Origin: an uncultured Actinomycetes bacterium
GTDB taxonomy: Bacteria > Actinomycetota > UBA4738 > HRBIN12
Direction of reading: 5' to 3'
DNA: 64,000 bases
NCBI GenBank assembly: GCA_963704725.1
Contig: OY969934.1
Coordinates: 3,040,001-3,104,000 of the forward strand
Shown: piece by piece, positions 29,155 through 45,935 of the stretch
How the letters are laid out: each line of letters opens with the position of its first letter
Numbering within the stretch: the stretch's first letter is position 1
Program-made: the position numbers and the translations under genes
Notes under the pieces: generated by a model
Told to the model about the DNA's origin: nothing
Databases searched by the model: none
Seen by the model: only the letters and a program-made list of their open reading frames with translations

Positions 29155-30597
29155 ATGAGCAGGATCTCGACCGTCGAGCAGCTCCGGCTCTTCCCCGAAG
29201 AACGCCTCCTCGAGGTGCTCCGGACGCGGCCGGAGGACCAGTGGTTCGATCGGACGAGCGCCCGTACGACCGCCCGCCATCTGGCCGACCTGATGGCCGG
29301 CTTCGCCAACGCGGAAGGAGGCCTGATCGTGATCGGGATCCACGGCGGGCAGGTCGAAGGTATCGCCGGAGCAGGTCGGCTCGCGAACGACTGGCGCCAG
29401 GCCGCCATCGACCTCACAGAACCGCCTGTCCGGCACCGATTCGAGTCGGTGCCTTGCACGAACGCCTCCGGTCAGGCGGACGAGGTCCTCGTCTGCGAGA
29501 TCGAGTCGAGCGAGACGGTTCACACGAACAGCCGCGGCGAGACCTTCCTCCGGGTGGGCGACGAGAACCGGCGTCTCGGCGTCGTTGCGGCTCAGGAGCT
29601 CCGCTTCGACAAGGGCCAGTCGATCTTCGACGGGACCGCCGCAGATGGTGCGACCCCCAAGGACCTCGATCCCGACCTGGTGGACCGGTACCTCCGGCGC
29701 ATCCACGCCGCCGATCGCGACCGCGCGCTCGCCGCTCGCGGCCTCCTCGTACCCCGGCGGGGCCGACTCGCCCCCTCGGTGGCCGGCCTGCTGGTGCTCG
29801 GCCGCGAACCGCAGAGGACGCTAACCCAGGCGTCGGTGCGACTGCTGCGGTTCGCGGGAGCCTCCCGGGAGACCGGAGCCCGGTCGAACGTCCTGCGCGA
29901 CCGTCGTCTGGAGGGCCCACTCCCACGACAGGTCGATGCCGCCAGGCGACTGCTGCGACGATGGCTCCCTTCGGCCATCCGCCTCGGGCCGGCGGGGCGC
30001 TTCGCTCCGTCGCCGCTGATCCCGCAGTTCGCATGGCTCGAGGCGATCGTGAACGCCGTCGTTCACCGCTCCTACAGCCTGGGAGGCGACCACGTCCGCG
30101 TGGAGCTGTTCGAGGACCGCCTCACGGTCGAGAGCCCGGGACGACTGCCCGGCCTCGTTCGCCTGGAGAACATCCGATCCACGAGGTTCGCCCGCAATCC
30201 CCGGATCGCCAGAGCGATGAACGACCTCGGCTACGGACGCGAGCTCGGCGAGGGCGTCGACCGCATGTTCCAGGAGATGGAGCTTGCCGGCCTGCCCGAT
30301 CCCGTCTTCACACAGGGACCGGCGTCGGTGCTCGTAACCCTTCTCGCGGATCCCCTGGCCGGGCGGGTGCTGCGGAGCCTTCCCGTCGGCTCCGAACGCT
30401 TCGTCGAGTTCCTGATGCGAACCGGTCGCGTCACAACGTCGCAGGCGGTGGATCTGTTCGGGGTTTCGCGGCCCACGGCCCTCGGGTACCTTCACCAGCT
30501 CGAAGGACTCCACCTCCTCGAGCACGTCGGATCCTCGGCCAAGGACCCCAGAGGGTTCTGGCGTCTTCGACGGGCGGAGCAAGAAAGCGACTCGTGA
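29155..30597 (+). CDS. AlbA_2 (Schlafen) + HATPase_c_4 + HTH protein
   Basis: EDQWFDR, GFANAEGG, EAIVNAVVHRSY, ESPG, RNPRIA, GEGVDRM. Confidence 0.9.
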   Translation: MSRISTVEQLRLFPEERLLEVLRTRPEDQWFDRTSARTTARHLADLMAGFANAEGGLIVIGIHGGQVEGIAGAGRLANDWRQAAIDLTEPPVRHRFESVPCTNASGQADEVLVCEIESSETVHTNSRGETFLRVGDENRRLGVVAAQELRFDKGQSIFDGTAADGATPKDLDPDLVDRYLRRIHAADRDRALAARGLLVPRRGRLAPSVAGLLVLGREPQRTLTQASVRLLRFAGASRETGARSNVLRDRRLEGPLPRQVDAARRLLRRWLPSAIRLGPAGRFAPSPLIPQFAWLEAIVNAVVHRSYSLGGDHVRVELFEDRLTVESPGRLPGLVRLENIRSTRFARNPRIARAMNDLGYGRELGEGVDRMFQEMELAGLPDPVFTQGPASVLVTLLADPLAGRVLRSLPVGSERFVEFLMRTGRVTTSQAVDLFGVSRPTALGYLHQLEGLHLLEHVGSSAKDPRGFWRLRRAEQESDS

Positions 30598-30816
30598 TCT
30601 CCGGCTCGTCAGGTGCTCGAAGGCTCCGGGCATGGTGCCCGACGTCAGACCCTCGCCACTGACAACGAGCCGTCGAGCGGCGGGCAACCTCTCGGGAGCC
30701 GTCGATACCCATTTCGATATCGGCCGCCGCGGCCAGATCGCGGGGTAGCGGCGGTTGACGCGTCCCAGGGTCATCGCTACCATGCCGTAGGAATCTGTCT
30801 TACAGAGGCCCGACCC

Positions 30817-31065
30817 ATGAAGCCAGCGCGAACCGTCACGATCTCGCTCCCCCCCGAGCTCGCTCGCCGAGCCGAGCGGACGGCGCGCACCGAGGGGCGG
30901 ACCAGGAGCGAGCTGTTCCGCGAGGCCCTGCGTCAGTACCTGGATCGTCGCGACCGCTGGGACCGGATCTTCGCCGCGGGCGAGCAGGCCGCCGCCCGCA
31001 TCGGCGTCCGTGAGGAGGACGTGGCGACGGCCGTCCAGGAGCGCAGGCGCAGCCGAGCCGGGTAG
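30817..31065 (+). CDS. RHH/CopG antitoxin
   Basis: TVTISLP...RSELFREALRQYL. Confidence 0.88.
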   Translation: MKPARTVTISLPPELARRAERTARTEGRTRSELFREALRQYLDRRDRWDRIFAAGEQAAARIGVREEDVATAVQERRRSRAG

Positions 31066-31475
31066 TGCGGGTCCTGCTGGATACGAACGTCCTGATCTCG
31101 GGCATCCTCTTCCGAGGTGTGCCGAGAACGTTGCTCGAGCGCGCGATCCGGGGGGAGTTCGACCTCGTCACGAGCCCCGCGCTCCTGGACGAGCTCGAGG
31201 ACGTCCTCGTCCGAAGCTTCGAGCTCCCACCGGAGTTCGCGCGCGCCGTGCGGACGGAGCTGGAAACCCTGGCCGAGGTCGTCGTGCCGGCCGACGCGCC
31301 GGCCATCTCTCGCGACCCCGACGAAGACCAGGTCCTGGCGACCGCGGTCGTTGGGCAAGCCGATGCGGTCGTGACGGACGACCAGGATCTGCTCGTGCTC
31401 GAGACCCACCAGGCGATCCCGATCATCCGACCCGCCGACCTGGCCGCGCGTCTGAAGCACGCGGAAGACGGCTGA
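31065..31475 (+). CDS. PIN domain toxin
   Basis: VLLDTNVLIS, RDPDEDQVL, VTDDQDLL. Confidence 0.92.
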   Translation: MRVLLDTNVLISGILFRGVPRTLLERAIRGEFDLVTSPALLDELEDVLVRSFELPPEFARAVRTELETLAEVVVPADAPAISRDPDEDQVLATAVVGQADAVVTDDQDLLVLETHQAIPIIRPADLAARLKHAEDG

Positions 31476-31569
31476 GAGATGGCCGAGCGATCGACGTCGG
31501 TGGGACATGGCGCGACCCTTCGACGCCGCAGTGACAGACGAAGGAACGCAGGCAGACGACCCCCGACCC

Positions 31570-32012
31570 AGGCCACGCCGACAACGTCGCGCTCCGCCGG
31601 GCCATGGAGCTCGGCAAGCCCGAGCAGGTCTCCTCGCCCTCGACGAGATCAGGCGCGAGGCGTGGCGGCCGGAGGCGTTCCCGGCTCCCGCGGACCTCGT
31701 CCGCCGGCGTGAGTACGCCGAGTGGACCGTCCGCCAGAGGTTGCACCAGCCGCTCTCCCGCCGCCGGGTGCTCCAGGCCTATCGGACCCAGTGCGCCCTG
31801 TACCGCCTCCGCCCCGGCGAGCTCCTGGACGTCGCGCACATCAAGGAGGATTCGGACGGCGGCGAGCCGGTCGTCCCGAACGGGATCGCCATGTGCGCGA
31901 TCCACTACCGCGCGTTCGACTCGTTCGTGCTCGGCGTGCGCCCCGACTACGTGATCGAGGTCCGCCGCGACGTGCTCGACGAGTCGGACGGCCCGACGCT
32001 CCGGCACGCGCG
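31570..32012 (+). pseudogene. Degenerate, internally deleted copy of the HNH gene at 28174-29092
   Basis: Near-identical DNA over AHIKEDSDGGEPVVPNGIAMCAI; CALC changed to CALY; 5' part missing. Confidence 0.88.
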
Positions 32013-32168
32013 CCACCTCAGACACGATCCCTCGTACTCGGGACACACTCAGTTGAGGCACTCAATGGGCATCGCAACTCAAGGGAATCGGTGGGTCATT
32101 CCACACATCTCCCAGGCAACACATCTCCCAGGTGACCGCACCAACGGCCTTCACACGCGCCTCGTCGC

Positions 32169-32738
32169 TCATACTCCTCGAGGAGCCTCATCGGAAACGT
32201 CGACGCCGGCATCCTTGCGATCAGGAATGAGCAGTTCGCGGACAACAACAAGAAACTGGCGTGCTTCGCGGTACTTGGCGATTAGCTCGGCGAGAGTGTC
32301 GGTGAGCGGGAACGACACGAAGTCCGAATGCACGAGCGTGTTCCGTGAGTTGCCGATATTCAGGAAGGCGACGGTCGCCTTTTCGAACACCTCATCGCGG
32401 AGAGCACGATCCTTTGCTTGCTCCAGGAAGTCCTCTCCGAACAGACGGAAGAACTTGTTCGCGTTGTTGCGTTCCCAATCGAACATCGTGTGAAACTTGC
32501 GCATCAAACCTTGATTCACGCAGAACTCAGCGATGATGGAGGACTCCGACAGCCTGAACGCGGCTTCGCGTATGAGTTCCGTTAGCTCCGACTCGAATCG
32601 GCTGGCCGCAGCTAACAGAAGCGACTTCGACGCAACTTCAGACACTCGAAGTGCGAGAGACGGTTCTCCGACGAGGGTAAGGGCTTGCACCTGCCTATCG
32701 AGCTGGTGGAAGAGTTCCTCGACTGGATCGGTGCTCAC
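32169..32738 (-). CDS. HEPN-domain protein
   Basis: RNTLVH (RX4H) motif; downstream of DUF262; lower GC. Confidence 0.75.
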   Translation of the reverse strand: MSTDPVEELFHQLDRQVQALTLVGEPSLALRVSEVASKSLLLAAASRFESELTELIREAAFRLSESSIIAEFCVNQGLMRKFHTMFDWERNNANKFFRLFGEDFLEQAKDRALRDEVFEKATVAFLNIGNSRNTLVHSDFVSFPLTDTLAELIAKYREARQFLVVVRELLIPDRKDAGVDVSDEAPRGV

Positions 32739-32804
32739 GGATCCCGTGTCAGCGTCAGTTGCATCGTCATTCGCCGGCTCGGGCTCCTTCTCGAGTGTTG
32801 GCCA

Positions 32805-33985
32805 TCAGACAAGATGCACAAGCGCACGACCACGAGCCAGGCGTCCGTTCACGTTCACAGTGTCATTCGTCTTCACCTCCGTGTGATCGCGATAGGCCTG
32901 ATCATCGCGAAGCGCAAGAACTGATGCTGGGTCAATCGCGCGGGTGTCTAGCGGACCGCTGCGTGAGTGTACCGCTCCGTTGAAGACCGACTCGAAGAGC
33001 AGAACGCTGAAGCCCGAGCGAGTCCGAAAGACGGCGTTCGTGAGATCCCGCGCGGCTTTGAAGAACCAATCAAGGAGCGAGCGCAGCTCGTCGAGCTCCG
33101 CCTCGCCGTACGCCTTCGCCTGCTTGGAGTATCTGTTGAGGAAGGAGGTCATCGATGGGCGGTACGCGTCGCCAAGCTCGTGCAGTGCGACCGCTCTTAG
33201 GAGAATCTCGATGTCTCGCATATGAAGATCGGGGACGCCGCTCCCGACGAGAGCCCGCCAAGCCGTCCGCTGGTTCTGCTCAAACAGGAAATCGAAGAAC
33301 GGCGAGTGGTACATGCTCGCCCGAATCTCTTGGGGCCTGAGATTCATTCCGCCAGAGTTGAGTCGGCTGAACATCTCGTAGATCGACGAGTCATCATCAC
33401 GTGGGTGGAGTTGTCGGACAATCACGCTGCGTAGGGTCCTGAGATCGAAGGACGCACGATGATCGCCGAGCGTGCCGTAATTCAACCGATGGAACCGATT
33501 AGCGGCTCCATCGGGGAGTCGACCCAAGGAGAGGTTGAAGTTCTGGAACAACCCGTCGTCACTTAGTAGCTCGTCTGGAATGCGGCCATGTGCGTTGAAA
33601 ACGTTACGCAATTCCGTGCGCCACTCCTTCCTGGGGAACGTTGCCGCACGAAGAAGTAGATCGACATAAGCCGCTGTTGGCCGTCGATAACGAGGAAGCG
33701 GTTTCGATCCTCCTCATACAAGAACACTTGTGGGATGGGTAGGCCGATTATGAGGGACTCAATCAGTTTCGATGCGCGCTTCATGTCCCAAACAAAGTGA
33801 CGTTGAAAGCCGGGGATGATGATCGAGCCCTGCTCCATGAAGTTCGCGATGGTCACGACATTGAAGTCGTTTGGCGCCGACGCAATCTGGTACTCGTCGA
33901 TCTGGCCTTCGTTCTCGTCTTCAGGCGCACCCTCATCGACCGCGAGTTCGACGACTTCCTCGATATCTTCCACTTTGTCCGTCAC
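32805..33985 (-). CDS. DUF262 (ParB/GmrS-like) protein, frameshift near 33630
   Basis: FQRHFVW, SLIIGLPIP, IDGQQRL, FSRLNSGG..L.PQEIR. Confidence 0.88.
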
Positions 33986-34194
33986 GTCGACTCCTGAACT
34001 CGAAGGGCCGCTCTAGGTTGAGTAGAACGGACTGATTCGTCAAGACGCTCAGCCTCTCGGAGGCCACTGTAGTTAACCCACCTGGTCGATGGCCCATGCT
34101 CTGTGCCCAGCCCCCGGCGCGAGGACTTCGCGGCGTGGAAGATCGCGACACCTTGGGCAACTGGGAGGCATGTCCGGCGTGCTCACGCGGAATC

Positions 34195-34440
34195 GGCCCC
34201 CCGTGAACTCATCGACAACGTTGGCGAGCTTGAGCATGCGTTCGTCCGAGGTCGCGTCGAACTGGACGTCGATCGCCCAAACCTCGATCGGACGTTCCGC
34301 TCGCCTCCCTGTTCGCCCCCAGGCGGGCGGCGGCGCTCGCGGTGTCCGGGTGCACCTTCAGGGCCCATCACGCCAGATGCACGCCACCTCTTGCGTTTGA
34401 TCATCCATCCCTCCCGTGCCACGCTACCCGTGCGCCGGTC
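34195..34440 (-). mobile_element. IS3-family transposase remnant
   Basis: Minus strand AERPIEVWAIDVQFDATSDERMLKLANVVDEFT, preceded by a frameshifted REGW...KR helix. Confidence 0.75.
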
Positions 34441-34462
34441 CGTGCGGCCGTAGACTCACGAC

Positions 34463-35087
34463 GTGGAGCTGGTGAGGTCGAAGCAGCGGGTGGCCGACCA
34501 CGGGGAGGTGTTCACCCCGGCGTGGATGGTCGAGGCGATGCTCGATCTGGTCAAGGAGGAGACCGAGCGAATCGACTCCCGCTTCCTGGAGCCGGCCTGC
34601 GGGAGCTGGCAACTTCCTGGTCCAGGTGCTTGCGGCGCAAGCTCGCCGCCGTCGAGCTGAAGTTCGGCAAGATCCGACTTCGAGAGGCGCCACTACGCCC
34701 TGCTCGGCCTCATGTGCATCTACGGCATCGAACTGCTGGCCGACAACATCGCCGAGTGCCGCGACAACCTCTTGGAGATCTTCGCCGACTACCTCGAACC
34801 TCGACGAGTCCGACGACCTCTACAGGGCGGCCGCGTACGTGCTGTCGCAGAACCTCATCCACGGTGACGCGCTCACCATGCGGACCAGTCTCGGTCAGCC
34901 GATCGTCTTCGCCGAGTGGGGCTACCTGGGCAAGGGCAAGTTCCAGCGGCGCGACTTCCGCCTCGACGTCCTCACCCAGGCTGTCGGCCTTCAGCGAGGA
35001 AGGCACACTCTTCGCCGAGCTCGGCAAGCACGAGATCTTCACCCCGACACGGACCTACCCGCCGCTGACGGTGAGGGAGCTGGCCGC

Positions 35088-35091
<4 letters not shown>
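34463..35091 (+). CDS. Small methyltransferase-like subunit (SAM-binding half), frameshifted
   Basis: GEVFTP, FLEPACG(S)GNFL, IYGIELL, GDAL; no NPPY. Confidence 0.8.
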
Positions 35092-39341
<4,250 letters not shown>

Positions 39342-39499
39342 TCCGGGGGACGGGGGAGCGACGTTTTCTCCAGTCACCCACCACTCCTTGAGTGCTTCCG
39401 CGGAGAGCCCCTCGTCCTTCAAGATCGCCTAAGTGCAAGGCGACACCCCACCGCCTGGGAGCCCAATGACGAGCGGAGTGGCGCCTGCGTGCTAAATTA

Positions 39500-40826
<1,327 letters not shown>

Positions 40827-40913
40827 TAATCATCCCCTGGCCTTCGGCGCCCGTTGCGAGAGGAATGTCGGCACTGCTGCGTGCCGTGGCGTCATTGCGC
40901 AAGGAGGCCCCTC

Positions 40914-41983
40914 ATGGAGTCACCGCTCGCTTCGAGCACCAGCTGCTCGCCGTCGAGACCGAGCATCGGGTCCACTGCATGCTCGAGCTCGTCGCTCCCC
41001 GGCCCCGAGGCCGCGTCCGTCCGCCGCTCCACCTCGCCCTCGTGCTCGACCGGTCCGGGTCGATGGCCGGGCGCAAGCTCGAGGTCGTCCGCGAGTGCGC
41101 CTCGTTCCTGGTGCGGCGGCTCGCGCCGACGGACGAGCTCGCGATCGTGGCCTACGACACAGACGTCCGGCTCGTGTCGCCGCTCGCGCCCGTCGACCGG
41201 CGGCGCTCCTCCCGCGCATCGCGGCGATCCACTCCGGCGGCCAGACCAACCTGTCCGGCGGCTGGCTCAAGGGGCTCGAGGAGCTCGGGCGGGCCTCCGG
41301 CGCGGGGCCGCGCAAGGTCCTGCTCCTCACCGACGGCCTCGCCAACGTCGGCGTGGCCGACCCGCCGTGCTCGTCTCGATGACGCCGGAACGCCGTCGAG
41401 CGGAGCGACGTGGGCACGACGACGATCGGCTTCGGCGACGACTTCGACGAGGACCTGCTGACCGCGATGGCGGACGCCGGCCGCGGCAACGCCCACTACG
41501 CGCCGACGCCGGAGGCCGCGCCCGCCATCTTCGCCCGGGAGTTCGAGGACCTGGTGAGCCTGGTCGCCCAGAACGTGAGCGTCGAGATCCGGCCGACGCA
41601 CGAGGTGCAGGTGCTCGGCGTGCTGAACGAGTTCCCCGTCGTCGCCGTCCCGGGCGGGGTCCAGGTCGACCTCGGCGACGCCTACGGCGACGAGACCCGG
41701 CGCGTCGTGTTCGAGCTCCACGTGCCGTCGCTGGCCTCGCTCGGCGTCCGGACCGTGGCCGACGTCGTCCTGCGATACACGGCCATCGGCGACGAGATCG
41801 CCGCATCACGAGGTGACGATCCCGCTCGTCGTGAACCTCGTGAGCGCCGACGAGGCCGCGGCGGCGGCTGCGGACGCCGAGGTCACCGAGGAGGTCGTGA
41901 TCCTGCGGTCGGCCCGGGCGCAGGAGCAGGCCCGCGAGCACGCCGATCGCGGCGAGTTCGAGCAGGCCCGCAAGCTCCTGTGA
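40914..41983 (+). pseudogene. vWA domain protein (YfbK-like), frameshifted and truncated at 41981
   Basis: LVLDRSGSM MIDAS motif, TNLSGG, LLTDG, TIGFGDDFDE; RBS AAGGAGG; TGTCGG-N10-TGCCGT upstream (40866-40887). Confidence 0.85.
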
Positions 41984-42009
41984 AGTGTCGGACCCGGGTT
42001 AGGGTGGAC

Positions 42010-42450
42010 GTGAGTAACGTATGGTGGGGCTTGCGTTGATCGGCGCGAGCGTTGCAGCAGCAGTTGAGGAAGATCGACGCATTGGACACGAAGACCGGCG
42101 TCTGCTGGCGATCGACGGCGTGCTGGCGGGACTGCTCTTCGGGCGCGAGCCCAGCCTCCGGGCGCTGCGCGGGCTGACGCGACTGCGCGTGGCCTGGTGT
42201 GTACTCGCTCTCAGCTCATCGCGTTGCGAACGGAGGTACGACACAGCGCCGTCGCGTGGCGGTGCGATTATGAGCAGGATCCGGAGTGGTTGCGCTGGCG
42301 GTTCTCGGGGAATGTGCTCGCTGCATCGAGGTGAACGACCGGAAGCTGACGTGGAAGGCGCGTCTGCTGACATCCGCGCTCTCAGCCTCATTGTCTCCGT
42401 GACGCTGCTGGGCGGTCTTCATCTACGACCTGGCCATGGGAGCCGGGTGA
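42010..42450 (+). pseudogene. Multi-TM protein resembling Pycsar-type membrane effectors (heavily frameshifted)
   Basis: QQQLRKIDALDTKTGV.LAIDGVLAGLLF...NDRKLTWKARLL plus a C-terminal hydrophobic helix, read across frames. Confidence 0.5.
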
Positions 42451-42797
42451 TGGCGAAGGGCCCTTCCCTGACGGACCGAGCGGAGTCGACCACACTGATC
42501 CCCCACCCGTGCCTGGTGGTACGGATCACCTGGAGAGCCTCGGGTCCCTGGTCGATGGCGCCCTCGGCGACCGCAGGATCCGCCGAGCCGTCGAGGCTGA
42601 AATGACCTCCCTGGCGCTCGCAGGACCCAACGGGCGACCGACCCCGAGCCCGTACAGCCTCCTCCGCCGGTCCCGGGAGGCACGGATCCGAATCTCGCGG
42701 AGGACGACCCAAGCCTCCCGGGTAGAGCGCACCGAGGCCCCTTGTGCTGCCCTGGTGCCCGGTCAAAGGGGCTCTCCACGCGACGTGAGCAGGAACC

Positions 42798-42826
42798 TGT
42801 ATGGCAACTAAGTTGTATGGCATACT
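42798..42826 (+). promoter_or_regulatory. Direct-repeat operator and -10 of the leaderless ATPase gene
   Basis: TGTATGGCA x2 overlapping CATACT, 6 nt before ATG 42833. Confidence 0.55.
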
Positions 42827-42832
42827 ACTTGC

Positions 42833-44210
42833 ATGGCTGACGACTTCCTCGACCGATCCGACGAGCTGAGGAGTCTCGAGCGAGCATGGCAGGACCCCGG
42901 ATCCCTGCTCGCGCTCGTGTGGGGCCGGCGCCGGACCGGCAAGACGAAGCTCCTCGGCCGGTTCGTCGAGGGCAAGCGGGGCGTCTACTACGGGGCTACG
43001 GAGCAGTCGTCGGATGCCGAGCTCAGAGCGTTCTCGGAGGCGGTCCGGTCGCCCTTCAGCCCGCCGGAGCCGCCTCCTCGGCCACGGTGATTTCCCCTCG
43101 TGGGAGGTCGCCCTCTCCTACCTCGCCTCGAAGGCCGGACGGGAGCGGCTCGTCGTGGTCCTGGACGAGTTCCCCTACCTGGTCGACGCGGAGCCGGCGC
43201 TGCCCTCGGTCGTGCAGCGGTTCTGGGACCAGCAGGGGAGGGTCTCGAAGCTGCACCTGATCCTGTGCGGGTCGGCGCAGGCGGTGATGGAGGAGCTCCA
43301 GTCGAGCGGGGCCCCGCTGTTCGGCCGGGTGGACCTTCGTCTCCAGCTCCGGCCCTTCGGCTACCGGGAGGCCGCGCTCTTCACGCCGCGGCTTGCCCCC
43401 TCCGAGCAGGTGATCTGCTACGCCGTCCTGGGCGGGATGCCCACCTACCTCCAGCGCTGGAACGACGGCGTGGGTCACGAGGCCAACTTGCGCAGGCTCT
43501 TCGCGGATCCGACCTCGCCGCTCGTCGAGGAGGGCGAGTTCGTGCTCTCGAGCGAGCTTCCCGAAGGATCGGGCTACTTCCGGATCCTGCTCGCGATCGC
43601 GGCCGGCAACCGAACCTACGGAACGATCAAGCGATTCGCCGACATCGACATCCAGCGACAGCTCGACCGGCTCCTGTCGATCGGCCTCATCGAGCGGCAG
43701 GTCCCCGTGACCGCCGATCCGTCGCGGACCAAGCAGGTCGTGTACCGGATCGCCGACAACTTCCTCGCGTTCTGGTTCCGGTTCGTGTACCGGCACCGGG
43801 CCGACATCGCGCGCGGGCTCGGCTCCGAGATCGTCCGGCGTGTCATCCTGCCGGGCCTCGGCGACTACCTCGGCGAGCCGTGGGAGGAGCTCTGTCGCGA
43901 GCACGTCCGCCGACTCGCGGCGACGGGCGACCTGCCGACGTCGGTCTCGAGCGTGGGCCGCTGGTGGTCGACCGACGGTTCGACGGAGATCGACATCGTT
44001 GGCCTGAATGGGAAGACCGTCGTGCTGGCCGGGTCGGTGAAGTGGTCCCGCTCGGTCGGGCGTGCCGAGCTCGATCGCCTCCGTCGATCGGTCGAGGTCC
44101 TCCCCAACCGAGCGCCCAACGTGACGCTGGCGCTCTTCGCTAGGGAGCAGGTGCGGGACGTGGATCCTCGCGACGCCCTCGCGTTCACGGCGGCCGACCT
44201 CTATCGCTAA
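42833..44210 (+). CDS. Archaeal-type AAA ATPase with C-terminal DUF234 PD-(D/E)XK domain (frameshift near 43060)
   Basis: FLDR, WGRRRTGKT, LDEFPYL, LCGS, GGMP.YL, DNFLAFWFRF, EIDIV. Confidence 0.9.
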
Positions 44211-44356
44211 CCCTGGCCACGCGCGGACGCTGGACCGCACGTCGGCCTGCATGAGCGGGCTCGTCTTCGACCCGCTCCACCGCGCGGCGGTGCCAGTGCG
44301 GTCGTCTTGGCTTCAAAGTGAACGTCGAGCCCGGCCTGGGCGGCGGCCACCGGGCA

Positions 44357-44378
44357 TGTCAGTATCAGCCCATAGCGT
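44357..44378 (+). promoter_or_regulatory. PafBC/RecA-NDp-type promoter, leaderless
   Basis: TGTCAG-N10-TAGCGT, 6 nt, ATG. Confidence 0.7.
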
Positions 44379-44384
44379 GCCCGC

Positions 44385-45356
44385 ATGGAGGCGAGGGTCG
44401 TGCAGGAAGCCAGCGAGCCAGGCCGATTCGAGCTTCGGATCGAGGGCGAGACGATCCTGCCCGGCAAGCTCTCTGTCAGAGACCTTGCCAAGCTCGGACC
44501 GATCCTCCAGGGAGCCCTGGAACGGACGGCACGCGTGCTTCGGAACGAGCCCGGACAGGCCCCAGGACCGGTTCCTCGGGAGATCCACGACACCACGAAC
44601 CTCCTTCTCGTCGGCATCGAGGCCGGGAGCGCCCAACTGCTTCTGGAGCTTCCGGTTCCGGACGAGCTCGAGGCCACCGAGGGCCTCTTTCCCCTTCCGC
44701 CCCGCGATCTCGGCCTTCGAGCCATGGACACGTTCGTTCGAGGGATCCACGAGCTCGAACTGGGCAGGGCCGGCGTGCCCGACGGATGGGACAACGCGGT
44801 CATGGAGGTGGCAGAGGATCTCGCCGATTTCGCCAGGGAACGGCAAGTCGTCATCGAGCTCACCTCCAAGACACTCGGCAGACCGCCGCGCACGGCGCGG
44901 ATCTCCCCCCCGATCGCCGATCGATTCCGCGTGCGCCACACCCCCATCAGGCAGCCACGGACGTCGCGCGGACGGCTCTTCCTCGTCGACCTGAAGGCCG
45001 GGAGGATCGACGTCGAGGACGAGCGGGGGGCGCGGGTGCAGTGCCAGTTCCCCGAGCGGCTGGAGGCGCAGGTGAAGCGCCTGGTCGGCGAGATGGTGGT
45101 CGTCTCCGGCCAGGAGGAGTTCGACGTCGCCGTTGGCAGACACGGCAGGCTCGAGGTGACGCATCTCGCCTCAGCCACCGAGGAGGTACCCCTGCCCAGT
45201 GACTTCTGGGAGAACAGGACCGCGGCCGAGCAAGCCGGGGAGCAGGGTGTCACCCCGATCGTGTCGATCGGCGATTTCGCCACCGGCGACGTCTTCGACG
45301 AGGCGGAGCTCGAGCGCTTCATCGAAACGATCCGCGAGGGTCGGAGGGAAGAATAG
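44385..45356 (+). CDS. Hypothetical protein (OB-fold-like segment, acidic tail) upstream of PIN
   Basis: Intact 323-aa ORF coupled to the PIN gene. Confidence 0.75.
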   Translation: MEARVVQEASEPGRFELRIEGETILPGKLSVRDLAKLGPILQGALERTARVLRNEPGQAPGPVPREIHDTTNLLLVGIEAGSAQLLLELPVPDELEATEGLFPLPPRDLGLRAMDTFVRGIHELELGRAGVPDGWDNAVMEVAEDLADFARERQVVIELTSKTLGRPPRTARISPPIADRFRVRHTPIRQPRTSRGRLFLVDLKAGRIDVEDERGARVQCQFPERLEAQVKRLVGEMVVVSGQEEFDVAVGRHGRLEVTHLASATEEVPLPSDFWENRTAAEQAGEQGVTPIVSIGDFATGDVFDEAELERFIETIREGRREE

Positions 45357-45790
45357 GCGAGACGGCGGCGCCCACGATCCTGGTAGACACGAACATCGTG
45401 AGCTACCTCATGAGTGGCGGAGAGCTGGGTCAGCTCTGTGCTCGCCACCTCGAAGGCCGGATCGCGGCCATCTCCTTTCAGAGTGTCGGCGAGCTGTGGC
45501 ACGGCGCCATCAAGAACGGCTGGGGAGACCGCAAGGCCCAAGCGCTCGACGCGGCGATCCGAAGGTTCGTGGTCCTCGGCTTCGATGAGGCCACGGTTCG
45601 CTCGTGGGCCGAGCTCAAGGCACGTGCGGAGGCGAAGGGTGAGCCGAAGAGCACCGCCGACCTGTGGGTCGCCGCGACGGCACGGCGACACGACCTGCCG
45701 CTCCTCACGAATGACCGAGGATTCCTCACCGCGCTCGACATCACCGTCGTGAGGCCTGAGGATTCGCCGGGCTCGGACAGCCCGCCATGA
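45353..45790 (+). CDS. VapC-like PIN toxin (possible ATA start overlapping the upstream TAG)
   Basis: ILVDTNIVS lies upstream of the track's GTG; ADLWVAATA, LLTNDRGF. Confidence 0.85.
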   Translation: MGETAAPTILVDTNIVSYLMSGGELGQLCARHLEGRIAAISFQSVGELWHGAIKNGWGDRKAQALDAAIRRFVVLGFDEATVRSWAELKARAEAKGEPKSTADLWVAATARRHDLPLLTNDRGFLTALDITVVRPEDSPGSDSPP

Positions 45791-45935
45791 CGATGGAGCG
45801 CAAGCGTCCTCCGGAGGTTCGAGAGCGGATCGAGGCCAACCGGCCGCCCCAAGCCGTGCGACAAGATGGAAGAAGTTCCTACAGGGCCGCCGGACCGATC
45901 GGGCGCCAACGCGCGAGGTCCACCTGCAGCTGCCG

